Assembly (NCBI GenBank): GCA_965203905.1
Contig: CBDBDQ010000005.1
Location: forward strand, 2,016,001 to 2,080,000
Source: Spirochaetia bacterium
GTDB taxonomy: Bacteria; Spirochaetota; Spirochaetia; SZUA-6; Bin103
Direction: 5' to 3'
Length of the DNA stretch: 64,000 nucleotides
Part shown: positions 62,881-64,000 of the stretch, piece by piece
Layout: the number at the start of each line of letters is the position of its first letter
Position numbering within the stretch: position 1 is the stretch's first letter
The notes under the pieces: generated by a model
What the model was told of the DNA's origin: nothing
Seen by the model: only the letters and a program-made list of their open reading frames with translations
Database searches by the model: none
Program-made: the position numbers and the translations under genes

Positions 62881-64000
62881 ATGAAGAAGATATCACTTCT
62901 GCTAGTGGTGCTACTTGCCGCGGGCTCGGCTAGCCTGTATGGGCAAATGATGATCGGAACGGAGTTTACCGTCTCCGGCGACGCAACTGCGACGGTCGGC
63001 TACGACATCGACACCGAGCAGTTCGGCTTCAAGAACGAGTCGAATTCCAGCATCAAGCTGGAGTTTGTCCCCGAGCAGTCGGTGAACAACGGCGACATGG
63101 TCGACATGTCGGGTTGGCACGGCTACATCGAGCTGAACGACTTCAAGATCGTCATCGACAGCGGGGAAGAGGACTCTCCCGAGTTCCTCACCTCGGCGAC
63201 GCCCGGAATGGACGACATGATGGCGCCTGCCATTACGACCGAAGTGGACCGTTCCGGCTTGGTGGTCACGGCTCCGACGATCGTCGCCAAGCTGAAGAAC
63301 GGCCCCTTGTTCCTCAAGATTTTCGATGCACCCGATCAGGTGGCAGACCTCGTCGCGGCGATCGAGGACGACGAGGACGACGACAACACCGCCGAGAGCG
63401 ACGACCAGCCCAACGATGTTGCGACTGATCTCGACGGTGCCGGTGTGACGCTCGGTTATGACAGCGAGGATCTCGACGTTGCGCTGGGCATCACCTCCGA
63501 TGAGGCCTACGACGACGACACCGACACTCCCGATGACAACAGCTTTTCCATCAGCGCCGACTTGAGCGTGGATGTCGGTCCCGCGAAGCTGCAGCTGCAG
63601 GTGGTGCAGGGCTTGGCTGCCGCCCAGGATATGGACGCCGAGGCCGACGACACCGGGGTTGCGGGCAAGCTGACGACGACCTTCGGCGACGTCGAGCTTT
63701 CCGCCGGCGCGGATCTCGTCATGACCGGCGAGACCAACGTTGCGGAAACCCCCGAAAACGAGGCGCTGAATTTCGAGGTCGGCATGAATGCCGGCGTGAT
63801 GCTGACCGGCAACACGTCGTTCAGCGCGGACTACCTCTACTCGAGCGTGCAGTCGGTCGCCAGTGACGTGGAGGTCGTGCTCGAGGACAAGAGCGGTCTG
63901 GTGGACCGGCTCACCTTGGGCCTGACCTGGGGTCTGTTCGACATCAACAACGGCGACGCCGACGGTCCGGCTACCGAGAACAACTCGATGGACATGCAGG
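62881..64000 (+). CDS. Msp/Tpr-like major outer sheath (beta-barrel) protein, 3'-partial
   Basis: Absent from the ORF track because it runs off the window; AAGGAGG RBS; signal MKKISLLLVVLLAAGSASLYG; 'VSGDATATVGYD...FGFKNE..SSIKLEFV...GWHGYIELNDF' resembles the treponemal MOSP N-terminus; alternating beta-strand pattern with very acidic loops. Confidence 0.75.
   Translation, partial: MKKISLLLVVLLAAGSASLYGQMMIGTEFTVSGDATATVGYDIDTEQFGFKNESNSSIKLEFVPEQSVNNGDMVDMSGWHGYIELNDFKIVIDSGEEDSPEFLTSATPGMDDMMAPAITTEVDRSGLVVTAPTIVAKLKNGPLFLKIFDAPDQVADLVAAIEDDEDDDNTAESDDQPNDVATDLDGAGVTLGYDSEDLDVALGITSDEAYDDDTDTPDDNSFSISADLSVDVGPAKLQLQVVQGLAAAQDMDAEADDTGVAGKLTTTFGDVELSAGADLVMTGETNVAETPENEALNFEVGMNAGVMLTGNTSFSADYLYSSVQSVASDVEVVLEDKSGLVDRLTLGLTWGLFDINNGDADGPATENNSMDMQ

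Overview
A GC-rich bacterial chromosome segment, probably from a spirochaete and plausibly a host-associated one such as a sponge symbiont. This is inference from an Msp/Tpr-like outer-sheath protein at the right edge, a spirochaete-style transporter signal peptide and tandem ankyrin lipoproteins. The backbone is housekeeping: moxR, ppx, ROK kinase, ppk1, a peptide ABC transporter, sulfatase, fucosidase, ATP-dependent ligase, hppA, pspA, rsmE, a C-terminal protease, lgt, tRNA-Val(CAC), PPi-type PFK, nth, apgM and ilvE. Accessory patches are: two ankyrin lipoproteins (4.4-7.8 kb); a VapBC pair; a rearranged 26-30.6 kb block (two copies of an MNT-like/HEPN pair, a 239-bp MITE with an 8-bp TSD and a chimeric pseudogene); an AAA/PD-(D/E)XK gene; an HNH remnant; and an ABC-ATPase + TOPRIM defence-like pair. 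Two signals stand out. (i) A short 5' module encoding M-x-x-H-G-H-[ST]-[VI]-T-x-[KE]-T begins three separate, apparently leaderless ORFs (18288, 28811, 53079). (ii) A ~950-bp non-coding region upstream of the Msp-like gene holds a perfect sigma-54 promoter, an upstream palindrome and three TTGACA boxes. All family assignments are from motif recognition only; no database searches were run.
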